Shown piece after piece: positions 1 to 12,086 of a stretch of 64,000 nt of DNA (position 1 is the stretch's first letter; each line of letters begins with the position of its first letter). The notes under the pieces were generated by a model, which had not been told where the DNA came from, did not search any database, and saw only the letters and a list, made by a program, of their open reading frames with translations. The stretch is from Vicugna vicugna. Lineage: Eukaryota. The stretch is from positions 15,945,885-16,009,884 of the forward strand of contig MU062133.1 in the NCBI GenBank assembly GCA_013265495.1, given 5' to 3'. The translations under genes were made by a program, and so were the position numbers.

Positions 1-1185
1 AAGTTCACCATCTTAAAGTAAGCAATTCAGGGGCATCGTACATTCATACATTCATAATGTTGTGCAGCCATGACTACCTTGTTCCAAAACATTTTCATCA
101 CTCCAAAAAAACTCCATACCCATTAAGCCGTTACTCTTCATTTCTGTCTCCCCCAAGTCCCTGGAAACCACCATTCTGCTGTCTCCATGGATTTACCTAT
201 TTTCAATATTTCCTATAAAGGGAATCACACAATAGGAGGCCCTTTGTGTCTGGCTTCTTTCACTTAGCATAATGTTTCCAAAGTTCATCCCCACTGTAGC
301 AGGTATCAGTACTTTCTTTCTTTTTACGTCGGAACAATATCCCATTGTATGCAGACACCACAATTTGTTTACCCATTTCTTCCTTGGCGAACATTTGTAT
401 TGTCTCACTTTTGGCTATTGCGAATTGTGCTGTGAGGAAGATGCACGTGCTTGTATTTGTTTGATTAGCTGTTTTCCTTTCTTTCGGGTTTATATTTAGG
501 AGTGGGATGGCTGGGTTATGTGATAAACTCAACGCTTAACTTTTTCAGGAACACCAAACTGTTTTCCAAAGTGGCTGAACCATTTCTATTCTCCCTAGCA
601 ATGTACAAGCATTCTCATTTCTCCACATCCTTGTCTACACTTGTCTTCTGTGTTGTTTTTGTTTTATAATTACAGTTACCCTAGTAGGGATTAAGTGGTA
701 TCTCACTGTGGTTTTGACTTGTATTTTTCTAATGACTACTGATGCCGGGCATCTTTTCATGTGCTTGTCGGCCACTTGTATGTCTCCTTTGGAGAAATGT
801 CTATTTTGTTCCTTCATCTATTTTTTAAGTTAGATTGTTTGTCCTTTTATTGCTGAGTTGTAGGAGTTCTTTATATATTCTGGATACTAGACTCTTATTA
901 GATATATGATTTTCAGATATTTTTCCCCATTTTCTAAGTTATCTTTTCACTTGCTTGATAATGCCCTTTTATGTACAAACATTCCAAATTCTGCTGAAGT
1001 ACTATTTGTCTACTTTTATCTTATATTGCTTGTGCTTTTGGTGTCATATTTGAGAAATCACTGCCAAATCTAAGATCATGAAGATTTACCTCTATGTGTT
1101 CTTCTAAGAGTTTTATGACTTTAGCTCTTATATTTAGGTCAATGATTCACGTTGAGTTAATTTTTGTATATGATATGAGGTAGGG
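1..1185 (-). mobile_element. LINE-1 (L1MB-like) 3' fragment: ORF2 C-terminus plus 3' UTR, decayed
   Basis: The minus-strand ORF 635-817 (RHFSKGDIQVADKHMKRCPASVVIRKIQVKTTVRYHLIP) resembles the L1 ORF2 C-terminus. Typical L1M 3' UTR phrases are present (tggcttctttcacttagcataatgttt). The reading frame is broken. Confidence 0.9.
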
Positions 1186-1579
1186 ATTCCTAACTTGCTC
1201 TTAACTCCTGCTCCCAAGTTCACCTTGGCTTAGGGTCCAGCCTGGGTCCTGTAGCCTGCTGGCAGTTGCCCTGATGCCTGCCCTGCTAAATGTTTCTTGC
1301 CCTGAATCATCTGTTGGTCTGGGACACTTCTCCATCTTATGTCAGCTTCCATGATGTCCACTGCTCGTCTGCTATGGCTTGCCTTGGATTGGATCCCATT
1401 AGGGAGGACTTCCTCTGAGTCACCCAGCTAGGTCTGTTCCTCCAGCTCCAGACCATCCCTGTCATAGCTTCAACCCAGGCCCTCTCTCTCCCCCAGATAC
1501 TGAGCTATCCTGCTATTGCATCCAGTCACTCCAGCAGTATCTTGTGACAAAATCAAGTTTCATCAATAAAGTGCAATTG

Positions 1580-1810
1580 CTAAGGGCATGGACGCTGGAA
1601 CTGGGGACCAAATCCCAGCCTTGCCACTTCCTACATGGGTGACTACAAGACAGCTATTTAACTTTTTTTATGCCTCAGTTTCCTCCTCTGTAAAATGGGG
1701 ATAGTTATTATACCTATCTCACAGGGTAGATAGGGCAGTTAAGTGACTAAATACATAAAAGGGTTAAGAAGAATGCCCAGCACATGGTAAATCCTCCGTG
1801 AGTGTTGGCT
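1580..1810 (+). mobile_element. MIR SINE
   Basis: MIR core gcctcagtttcctcctctgtaaaatggggatagtt with flanking MIR head and tail. Boundaries approximate. Confidence 0.85.
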
Positions 1811-4344
1811 CTTAAGAATGTGTGAAAAGACCACCAGACCCCGGGAAGGGTGTTACAACTGACAAGAACGACATTTTAGTTTGAAGGAGCTCATCGTTTT
1901 TCTGGGTCCAAGGTTGGGAGGGGTCACCTATCAGACCAAGGAGGACAATAAACCTACTCATGCCAACAGACAGGGCGAGCAAGTAGACACAAGGAGGGAA
2001 GAAGGGAGGAGGAGGTGCAGTGCCCAAAACCAATCTCTCTGGTTGCAAAATTCTGTTGGTACCTCCAGGTTAGATAAATGGACAGCAAATTCAGTCCCCA
2101 ATAACTGTGATCTAATAAAAGCTGCAGAAAGCAGGAACTCATTTTGCTGAGTTGTCCTGTTTTTCTAGTTTTGTCCCCCCTGACTTGCCTGCTATTGGGC
2201 TCTGGGATAATCTCATTATATCTGATGTAATCACCCTTGGCAGGTTTGTGTCCTGGGGCCAGAATCAAGAAGGTCCCCCAGAGTCACCTACAAAGAAGCC
2301 TGAGGGGAGGCCCCCTCCCTGTCACCACCCCCCTGGCTGTGTCCTTTCCAGAAATGCAGATGATTCATCCTCCTCAGAAGGGAGGTTAGTCACCAGATTT
2401 ATTGTCTGTCTGAATAGGCTGTGTGCAGCATGACCAAAATCAAAGGGAAAAAAAGAGAGCTGTCTCAGCAAAATCTGCTGAATCAGAATTAACAAGAAAA
2501 TCTTGTAACTAATGATCAGAAATTAAAATGTACTCAGGAGCTGCGGTGTTTAACTGAATCGCAGGGCTGCGGGGTGATGATGTGCAGGATAATGGGACTT
2601 GAAACAGCTCATATTCTGTGGAGGCAACGGAGGATAAACTGTTCACAAGCTGATCTAGGTGAGAGGCTGGTTCCGTAGCAACCTGGGGTATCACCCCTCG
2701 ACAGGATGGTACCTGTCCTTCTCTCCATGCCCTGGCCCTACACTTCTCTCATCAAAAGGGCCTTACCTTCCTATAGCACATCTCAGTTTACAATCTAGAA
2801 CTCATTAGATTCTCATGACAGCCTTGTGGGACAGGTGAAACAACTTAATCTGACATCTCTCCATTTTACAGAGATGAACACTGAGGTACAGAGAGGTGCC
2901 AGTAAGTGGTAGGGCTGGACCTCAGGTTTTTTATTGGAATTCCTGTCCAAAGCATCCTTGTAAACTAGTTTAACCTTTCTGCAAACCTAGATTTTCATGT
3001 ATTGTATAAGTACTGAACAGGCTGGCATATATTGGTGTCTCAAGTACCAACATGTTTGTTTTCTATATTTTAAATGTTAAAAATTGCTTTCATGAAAACA
3101 CAAGTCAGTTATGTTCTTGCTTACCTAACCCTAAAGGCACTTTAAAAGTTTTACAAAGTAATTCAGATCTGGGGCTGCATCGAACCATGAATGTTTTTAA
3201 TCTCTGAGTAAATGACTCAGAGAGCAATGCGGAAGGAAAAAGAAGGATGTAGAGTGAAACAGGCTAGCAGCCTGGCCACACCACTTCACCCTGCAGACGA
3301 CTCTCACGGTTGTGCCGGATTACCACGATTAGCCACACTTCACCTACCAGAGTAATGGATACCCGCGAGGGAGGAGCCTGCCGGTCTCCATGCTGAAGGG
3401 AGGCACAGTGTGATTTGATTTGAGTTTTATCTGCAGATGTCTCCCTGGGAAGACGGAGAGGAGGCTGCTGCTCCCAGAGGGGAGAGCTGCATTCTTTAAT
3501 TACAGGGAAGCAGCGGGAACAAACTGCAAGGAGAAAAGAAACCAGTCAATAGACTGGGCTGCCAGTCTTCCTCTAAGCACTTAGTATTTTTGAGGTCTTG
3601 AAAGAGCCACTCTTCTCTATGCCTCATTTTCCACATCTGTAAAATGGGAATAACAATTCCTCCCTTGCAGGGCTGTTGAAAGTCTAAAATTATATACATA
3701 ACACACACACATATGCAGTGCTTATCCTAGAGTACGGATTTGATGGTAATACATATGACTATTAGTAGGAATAGTAATAGTAGTAGCACTTGTATTGTAA
3801 TAGCATTTGGCAAGTATTTCCCAGATTTGACTTCACCCTCCTCTATGAATATGCAAAAATACTCCTCCACTAAAACTCTGGCTGAAATCCCATTTCACTG
3901 TGACATCTCCCCAAGATGCCAGCCTGAGGTCATCCCTTCCTCCTCAAAGTTCTTTGTCTGCATCACTGATGAGACCAAACACTGCAGCACCCAACAGCAT
4001 TCTTTCTATTTACAGGACCTGCAGCCCAGGCAGATTTGAGTGGTTCAGGGCAGAGTGAGGAAGGATATCAGGTTTGGGTGTGTGGGTGGTGGCAGGTGGT
4101 GAGGTGGAGGGTAGGGAAGGACATGAGTCAGCTAGGGCAAGTAAGCCCTCCTGAGTCCAGGAGGCCAGTGTGAGGACAGAGAAGAGCCGGGTGGGAGGAT
4201 CATAGCTGAGTGGGGATACAAGGCCTGGCCAGGGCAGTGGGTTGGCAGAGGTTGAGCGGGCAGGTAGTCTGACCCAGGGACATGTGGCTCAGGACATATG
4301 AGCTCTAAATGCAGGCATCAATCATGAGAGGCAAGGGTGTACAG

Positions 4345-4445
4345 ACCCTTGTCAACTAGTCGGTCACAAGAATCACTTACGGAATGTTCTCAAAATACAC
4401 ATTCCCAGGCCCCAGCCACTGAGATTCTGACAGTAAACTGGCACA
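4345..4445. mobile_element. MER5-like hAT-Charlie DNA transposon fragment
   Basis: agaatcacttacggaatgttctcaaaatacacattcccaggccccagccactgagattctgac resembles the MER5A interior. Confidence 0.55.
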
Positions 4446-5319
4446 CTGTCGGAAGAGAGGATGGGCTCTCCTGCTCTGTGAGTGCAGGCGCTTACCAGGG
4501 GATGGTTACAGAAGGTCTCCTAATAGTGCTCACCTCTGAACTTAAAGACTTAATGAAGGCTTACCAAGAGGCAGGAGGTCCTCAAGGCACGTGAACCAGA
4601 TGCTCAGAAAGTGAGTGTGACGAGCTCACAAACACTGGGTGAAGAAAGCTTTTCAAGAAGAAGGGTCCCAAGAAATCAAGGTCAAATCAAGGACAGAGAA
4701 CAAGCAAAGCAGGCATTTTCTGAAGAATGCTCCATGAGGAAATGTCACTGCCCTCTTCAGGATGCCTCCATCAGACGGCCCCCCTCTAACAGACCCATAA
4801 AGGATGACAGTGTCTGCATGAGAGAGCCTGGTGACAATCAGGAAGTTGGAATCACATATCCTGTTGACTGGATCAATTTCCAGGTAATTTCCTCTGCAGC
4901 AGAAGAGGAGTCTCAGGCTCTAAGCTAAGGCCCACCCTATCAGAGGCTAGGGATGAGCATAGGACCACTATGAGAACGTGAGGGTCAAGGTGCATTGGTT
5001 AACCAAGTGCATTTATTTCTTCTCCTTCATAAAGCATGCTTGCTGAAATGTGGTAGCCTCAGTTCTCTTCCCTTATCTCCAGAAAACCAAACCTGGCATA
5101 AATCTCCCAGGTAGGAAACCAAAAGTGGGTTCTCTAGAGAAACCAGAGGAAGTAACAGCAAACACCTACTGATTTTGACAACTGAGACCCCTCACTCCCA
5201 CAGTGAAAAAGCCAAATCACCTTTGATCACCCTATGGTTTGGCTCACCAGGTGGCACGCCCTGGCCATACACACAGAATTCCCAGCTGTTTTAGTCTCTG
5301 ATTCTTCAATACACTCTTA

Positions 5320-5580
5320 TATCCATAGGTAATTGGAAACTTGAGGAAAATCCTCCAACCTGAATGACAGTGCAAACAAACCCAAAGAAAAGTAGAGAAT
5401 TCCATAAAGGGGTGTCCAAGGGAAAAAAAGGCCACCTAATAATCAAAGAAACAGTAGAAGAAAAATCTCAAGAAAGGCAGGATATAAGAGTCTTCAAATT
5501 GACATTTGGAAATTTCAGAAGACCAGGTATAAAGAGATGGTCCAAAGGCTTCCACGGAGGAAAACGAAAGGCAACAAACC
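5320..5580 (+). mobile_element. Ancient L1/HAL1 ORF1-region relic, 5' piece
   Basis: The A-rich stretch aacttgaggaaaatcctccaacctgaatgacag resembles the start of L1M/HAL1 ORF1. Confidence 0.45.
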
Positions 5581-5649
5581 ACAGACAACGCCCGCACCGA
5601 CATTAGTGGAAGCTCAGGAGCAGTGGTGGAAGCTGGGAGGCACGGAGAC

Positions 5650-6093
5650 AGCTTATGGCAGACACTATGCCATGTGTCTCTTGCATTTCTGAGTATCTTG
5701 GGAGAGAGGCCCTGACTGCCCTTTGTTTCAGATGAACTACCTTTTCAAGCATGTTTGTAGAGTGAACAACTTTGGAAGACAGAGAGTGTTTCCCTCCAGA
5801 GCAAAAGGCAGGCACGACCACTATAAAAGATTCAGGTTCCCTAAGCTCCAGGTTCCTCTCTTGTAACATAACCCATTGTGTGTGTGTAGGTGTCACCTGG
5901 CCCTCTTTATGTTCCCTAGGAGAATGGGGGTTAGGGGAACAGATGCAAAAAATGCTGATATTCCAGCTTCTCCCACTGCTGTGAACAACAAGCTATCCTG
6001 TCTCCGACCCAGGAGCCTTGTGTCTTCATTAGCCTCCGTGAAACGGCAGCCAGCAGGCTAGCTTGCAAGGAGGGTTCCACCTGACCCTTCACA
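5650..6093 (+). mobile_element. Solo ERV-type LTR (family not assigned)
   Basis: TATAAAA at 5822-5828, a U5-like segment (tccgacccaggagccttgtgtcttc...gcttgcaag) and a terminal cccttcACA at 6093. The left boundary is uncertain. Confidence 0.55.
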
Positions 6094-6280
6094 GTTCTGG
6101 GCAGTAATGCCTTCAGAATTCTGAGGGCAAATCGTTTATCACCTTAGAATTTCATGCACAACCAGAGAGAAAATACATGGGAGGTAGAATAAAGACATCT
6201 TTACAAAGTCAAATTCAAAAAAATACAATGTGTTCATTCTCGGGTATGCACTCTAGGATGTTGTCCAGCATTGGTTTTCC
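6094..6280 (+). mobile_element. Ancient L1/HAL1 ORF1 relic, 3' piece
   Basis: aatgccttcagaattctgagggcaaat...cttagaatt...gaggtagaataaagacatctt resembles the ORF1 C-terminal region of L1M/HAL1. It is followed by an A-run. Confidence 0.55.
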
Positions 6281-8929
6281 AAAAAAAAAAAAAAAAAAAA
6301 AAAAAAAGACAAAAAAAGAGTGAGATGGATCTTTTTTTCAACCAAACTGGCCTAGTCATCAAGTTTCAGCTTTCCTCACCACAAACAAAAGACAATTTTT
6401 AAAATGTGGTACATTTTGAACTCCTTAGTTATGCTATATATAATACCAGTTTCATATTTTTCTTGACTAGATTTTTAAAGCTGCATTTTCTGGGGGGGGG
6501 GGTGGAGGAAAGAGAACAAGGGGCCTGGGATCTGGAGCTGAAAGAATTGGATTCCAGTCCTACCTGCCCCGCTATCCCCCCACCCCCACCTGCGGTGTGT
6601 CCTTGGAGAAGCTACTGCACTGCTCTGAAACAGTTTTCTGCTCTGCAGACAGGAAATACCACCTTCCTTATGGGGCAGTTACAGGCAAGGCAAGGGCATT
6701 TCATTTCACTGTAGCCTCAGTAGACCCTGGCTGCTTGTGTGGAGTAGGCATCACTAGGTATTGATTTGATTGGAGCAAATTAAGAGTGACTTCTAAAGGC
6801 ATTTAAAAATAGAAGCAAATGGCTGGTAAGTGGGGACAGGCCTGCCAAGAAGCTCGAGTTGGACTAGAAATGCTCCTTCAAACTTCTGCTTGTGCTCAGT
6901 ATTCTAGATTTTTCTTATAACTCTACCAGAGAAATAAAGAAGCCAAGGCAATGTGTTTGGGCTGCTGCAGTTAGAGAGAATGGGTAGACACGAGGCAGAG
7001 GCGGTCAGACCTGTCTTCCCAGGAATTAGTTTGTTTCATGCTGGAGAATTAGCGCTGGGCCATACTGGGTTCCCATTAGAGAACTCTTCCATATTAGAGT
7101 TTCGGGTTGTGGAATCTGAACTACATTCAGTGGTTGGGACACAGCTGCTGGTGCCACCTTATCTTGCTATAGGTTCCCCACACCAGGCACCACTTCACAG
7201 GTTGGCCATTACCCTGAAGCTGCTTCAGTCTGATGTCCCAAAGCCAACTGTGGCAGGGGAGAGCAGTCAGTGGTCACCCCTCTGGGCTCTCTGCCTACTG
7301 CCCTGCCACTCTTAGGAGGGCCAGTCCTGTGCAGGGCACCTGAATAACCTCGAGGACAGCGGGAGCTCCCTCAAGACAGTTCTGAATGTTTTGAGGTCCT
7401 GCTAAGTGTGTATTATCAATTCCCCAGGGCAGCAGGGAGAAGCACCTGACTATCCATCAGCAGAGGCTAGGTCTGAGAGGTTTTCATCAGCTTCACGATC
7501 CAAGAGGATGTTCTTAGCAGTTAGGATGAACTACTGCCTGCTTGTGCTGCCTAAGTTGCAAGGGTCTGTTCTGGACAGAAAAATGTCTATGACCTTGGCC
7601 TGGCTGATTGGACAAAGGAGTAACGAGGGTGTAGCTTAACCTGGAAAATCTAGTTTGGTCCACCTGGGGGCAGGCGGGGAGGGTCAGTTCAACACGTGCC
7701 CTTTGGGGGCTGATGCTGCCAGATGCAGGTGGGTCTCTTCCTTGGAGGTGCATACAAGCAAATGGGGACTGGGGGATAGATACACGAACAGAGGAGGTGC
7801 TGGTTATGGAGTAAGTGCTACATCACCTGTTTGTGGGGGTGCTGTGCTCAGTGAAAGACATGGACACAGAGCCTTCCATGAGGACACAGGGTACCACGGG
7901 GACACAGAGGGAACACCTAGCCTCCCTGCATCCCATCTGCTGGGAGGCCCAGAAGTGGGTTCCTAGGAGATGGCTCAGCCTTCCTGTGGTCCCATGTTCT
8001 TCTCCAATCTCTAAATGAACCATCACAAGTTCATAAAGATAATGAACTTGTTGTATGTCGTTTATATAGCCATCATATTATCACCAGGGATGAGCCAGGG
8101 GCTCCAAGACAGTGAGAAAAAGCAGATTTGGGTTCCTGTGTCTGGAATTCCACCCTCTCTTCCTCTTGTCCTATTAGCCTTACAACTCAGCCTTCCTGTC
8201 TGTCTGTCCATCCTTTGAGAAGCCCTCCCAGTCCCTCCTCTGTGAACTTTGCACTCAAGTGACCTCTTATAGCCAAAGTGACCCTGTGCACGCCCTCCCT
8301 CCCACTCTCTCTGCCTCCCCCACCGCCCACAACTCTCTCTAAAATAAAACCCATTTTTCTTCACTCATTGTCTTTGAGGCCAAGGTCAGTGGCCAGCTCC
8401 TTTCATCATGCCTGTCACATGACAGGTGCTTAGTAAATATTTATTGCTTAGTGATTTACAGATGCCGTGCACTCGAGGCAGCACGGCCCCTGAGAAGAGG
8501 CGGACCGCTCTGCCACATATCAGTTGGGCAATCTTGACTGGTTATTTCACTTCTGAGGCTCAAGTTCCTCATCTGTAAAATCTGTGCAACCACCTACCTG
8601 ATAGGATACTGTCAGCATTCCACAAAGTAGTGACTGTAGAGCCCCAAAGCATACAGTTGGCACATAACTATAGCTCCCCCAATGCTAGTTCCCTTCCCCC
8701 TGCCCACCTCAAGGAGGATGGCTGATGGATGGATGGATCTGAGGGTCACCATGGCTAACAGTTGTCAAAGATGTAAAACGACTTAATGTATCAGGGAGCC
8801 ATTGCTAAGGGCCTGTGCGTGAGGGACTCCCCCGCACCTGCAGCACTTTCTTTCTGGTGCGGACACGAGTGCCTGCCGCTCTGTCCTCAACGTGAGAGCC
8901 GCAGAGCCTGGTGGTTGGGAACCCAGACC

Positions 8930-9130
8930 TCTGGAGTGGACTTGTGGGACCCGAATCTCACGTCTACTACCAGTTGCTTGACTTTAGGCAAGCGACTTAT
9001 TAACTTTCTTGGCTTTCGAGTTACTCACTTGTAAGATGGAGCTAGTAATAGCTAGTATGATATTATACAGCTACAATTATCAGGAGGATTGACTAAGTTT
9101 AATTCTTTAAAACTCTTAGAACAATGCCAA
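8930..9130 (+). mobile_element. MIR SINE
   Basis: ctctggagtggac...ttgactttaggcaagcgacttattaac...cacttgtaagatggag, interrupted by an AT-rich insert. Confidence 0.7.
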
Positions 9131-10281
9131 GCGCAGCGTAAGCTCTGCGTAAGTAGTTGCTATGCTACTAGTCTTTTGTGTGTCTGAAATGTTTTATGAT
9201 TAAATGCTTAAGCCTGGTTATCCAATCCTCAAATAGAACAATTAAATGTGGGCCCACGAAGGCAGTCGCTCAGCAGGCGGAATAGGACCCATCTGGCATT
9301 AAGGCCCTTCCCCCGCCTTGCTCCATCCCCTCCCCTCACCCTCCTTCTCCTCCCACATCTGCCACCAGCATCTCCCATAATCATTGTCTACTGTCCACTC
9401 TGACTGATGCTGACATAGTTCAGGCCTCATAATCTTCTTGGGCTACTTCTGGAGTCTCCGGCAGGCCCTTGTCACAGAATCTCACCTCCAAACCATCTTA
9501 ACTCTCTGTTATCCTATCCGTCTTCCTCCACTTACACTCTGGTTGATGTTACTCCTTTGCTCTAACACCTTCAGTAGCTCCCAACTACTTATCCAATTAA
9601 GTTCAGTTTCTTCTGCCTGGCACTCAAGGCCCCCTCTCTTGCCCTATTTGACCCCCCACTTTCTTCCATGTCTTCTACACCTCAGGCTGGTTGACCTGCT
9701 CCTTGTTCTCTGAGAAAGGCCCATTATTTCCTGCTTCTGTCCCTTTGTTCAGGCTGTTCTTATCACCTGAGTGTGTCCCCGTCTCTATCCTTTTCAAGTG
9801 TCTCATACATTTGTATGTTTCAAACTCATCTCATATGGGGTCTTTTCTTCCTTTGAACCTCATAGTTCTTTATTTGACCCTCTTTTCTGATACAACATTC
9901 TGTCTAAACTGCTTTGGGTCCTTAACATCATATCCCCTTGCTCAGGACCAAGTGTCCTATAAAGCCAGTTTGGGGAGATAGATCAGACCCTACTCCCTGA
10001 GAAGGGGACTCCACTGAAAGGCAGGCAGAAGCCCAGGGCCCTGGGTGCTGGGGCCGAGCTGGACACAGTGTTTTGACAGTGTCTGGGGCAACACCAAAAC
10101 TGAGAATCACACAGAAGCAGGTTGACAAGTGAAGAGAAGCAGAATTCAGGTGTGAGAGCTGAATTCTTAGGTTAGACAGAAGATTCAAACAGTGTAGGAA
10201 GCAGAGCTAGTGATGTTTCTGGTGATGGGGTGTGGTGTGACGGCCCCACGAGGGAGGAGAGAGCTTCTGAGGATGCGCAGC

Positions 10282-10338
10282 CAGGCTGCGCTTACTCGGA
10301 CAGGCCTCTGTTACTCGCCCAGGCCTCTGTTACTCGCA
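10282..10338. repeat. Short tandem repeat, about 19-nt unit, 3 copies
   Basis: caggcctctgttactcgc occurs exactly at 10301-10318 and 10320-10337. A diverged copy (caggctgcgcttactcgga) precedes them. Confidence 0.85.
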
Positions 10339-10759
10339 CACCTGTCCTCTGTTCTTGTCTATGACACACTGACACTGAACGACACGGCTTCCCCACGGGG
10401 CTCCGCACAGACTGTGGCATACATGGTGGCAGACCCCATCAGTGTGCACACAGGAGGAATGAACATACAGGCTGAGGAAGCTCCAGGTAAGGCAAATGGC
10501 TGAAAATGCAGGCAAGGAAGGGTCAAGACCAGCGAGGGGTTTGCCATTTCCCTCTGAACCAAAGCGCAGGCAACTCCCAGGGGGTCCCCAGCCCTACCCT
10601 GACCTCTAAGTGACCTCTGAGGACTGAGGGGCAGCCCTCAGCACTCCCAGGCCCTGCCCTCTGCTCTGGAGACTGATGTTTAATCCTCACAATAAAATGA
10701 TAAGGACAACCCACACTTTTGGACATAATACACGTATGGCTCTGTGCTGAGAACATCAC

Positions 10760-10920
10760 AGGAGTCGTTTCATTTAACCTCACAAAAAACATATGAGATA
10801 AGTACAACTATGAGCCCCATTCAGAGAGGAGAAAGTTGAGTTCAGAGAAGTTGAGTAATTTGCCCCTTGTCACACAGCTAGGAACTGGAAGAGCCAGGAT
10901 CTGAACCTAAGTCCATTGGG
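10760..10920 (-). mobile_element. MIR SINE
   Basis: ccccattcagagaggagaaagttgagttcagagaagttgagtaatttgccccttgtcacacagctagg is reverse-orientation MIR. Confidence 0.8.
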
Positions 10921-11914
10921 CCAGCTACTGCACTTTACAGGAGCATGTTGGCCAAAGAAAAAGGGGAGACCAGGCTCAGAGTAGGCTTTTTTGTCAGGTA
11001 GGAGGAACTGGGACACCATTCAGTTAATGGGAAGGAGGCAGGAGGGGCAGGGCAGGGAGGCATTACTGAAGGAGCAAGAAGGGAGGAGGAGAATCAAGGC
11101 ACAGGCGAGCAGTGTGGGGAGGAGGGTGGGGGAGGGGAGGAGGAGAGAGAGGCAGCAGCCCAGCTGCTGGGAGAAAGAGGAGGGAGTTTGTTCCAGGAGA
11201 CCTCAAACCCCTCCACTAAATGAGGAGAAAGTTACTTTCAGTACCAGGCAGGGGCGGTAGGAGGAATTTGGGCCTGGGTGGAATGAAGGTATTCAGTCTC
11301 CTGGCTGTGCAGACAGACCTGGGGCATCTCCTCAAGCTCAGGACAGACGGCAGAATGGAAAAAAATGTCCTGCTGAGCTGGTTACCTCCCCGATCCTACA
11401 CCTCAGCGCTATCTATAAATGAGAGCAGCTTTGGAAAGAGCTGTGTCTCTCTGTGACTCCTATTTAGTCCCTGGCTGTCAGCTCCTTTGGGGGAAGGGAC
11501 CTCTTCTTTCCTCCATCCTAGGGATAAATGAAGCCCCACTGGTGAAGCCACTTTGCCTTCTGGAAGGAAGGGAGATGCAGAGCACCCTGACGCCCCAACA
11601 GCTTGCCGGGCCATCACCAAGGGCAGCCCTTAGCCCCAGCGCTGTGGCCGGCCCAGGGAGGGCTGTGCTTCGGAGGCTGGAACTTCTCAGACAGACTTCT
11701 GGCGAGCCTCCTGCTGGGTGCTCAGGGCTCCCTGTTGCGCTGGGCAGTGAGTTATTGCAGCCTGTTATCTTCAGCAGCAGGTGAAGCATCCTGGGCTGCT
11801 CTCAGTCCTGTGAGCGAAGCCAGGGAATATTTACTGGCTCCACTGAAGAAGGTAACCAGCCCTGTCACAGCACAGAGGATGCATCTCTCACCCAAGGCTT
11901 TTTTTTTTCCCCTC

Positions 11915-12086
11915 NNNNNNNNNNNNNNNNNNNNNNNNNNNNNNNNNNNNNNNNNNNNNNNNNNNNNNNNNNNNNNNNNNNNNNNNNNNNNNNNNNNNNN
12001 NNNNNNNNNNNNNNNNNNNNNNNNNNNNNNNNNNNNNNNNNNNNNNNNNNNNNNNNNNNNNNNNNNNNNNNNNNNNNNNNNNNNNN
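11915..12086. other. Assembly gap (N run)
   Basis: 172 Ns. Confidence 1.

Noticed and set aside
193-817. ORFs resembling L1 ORF2
   Set aside because: They are fragments of a decayed L1MB copy with broken frames, not genes.
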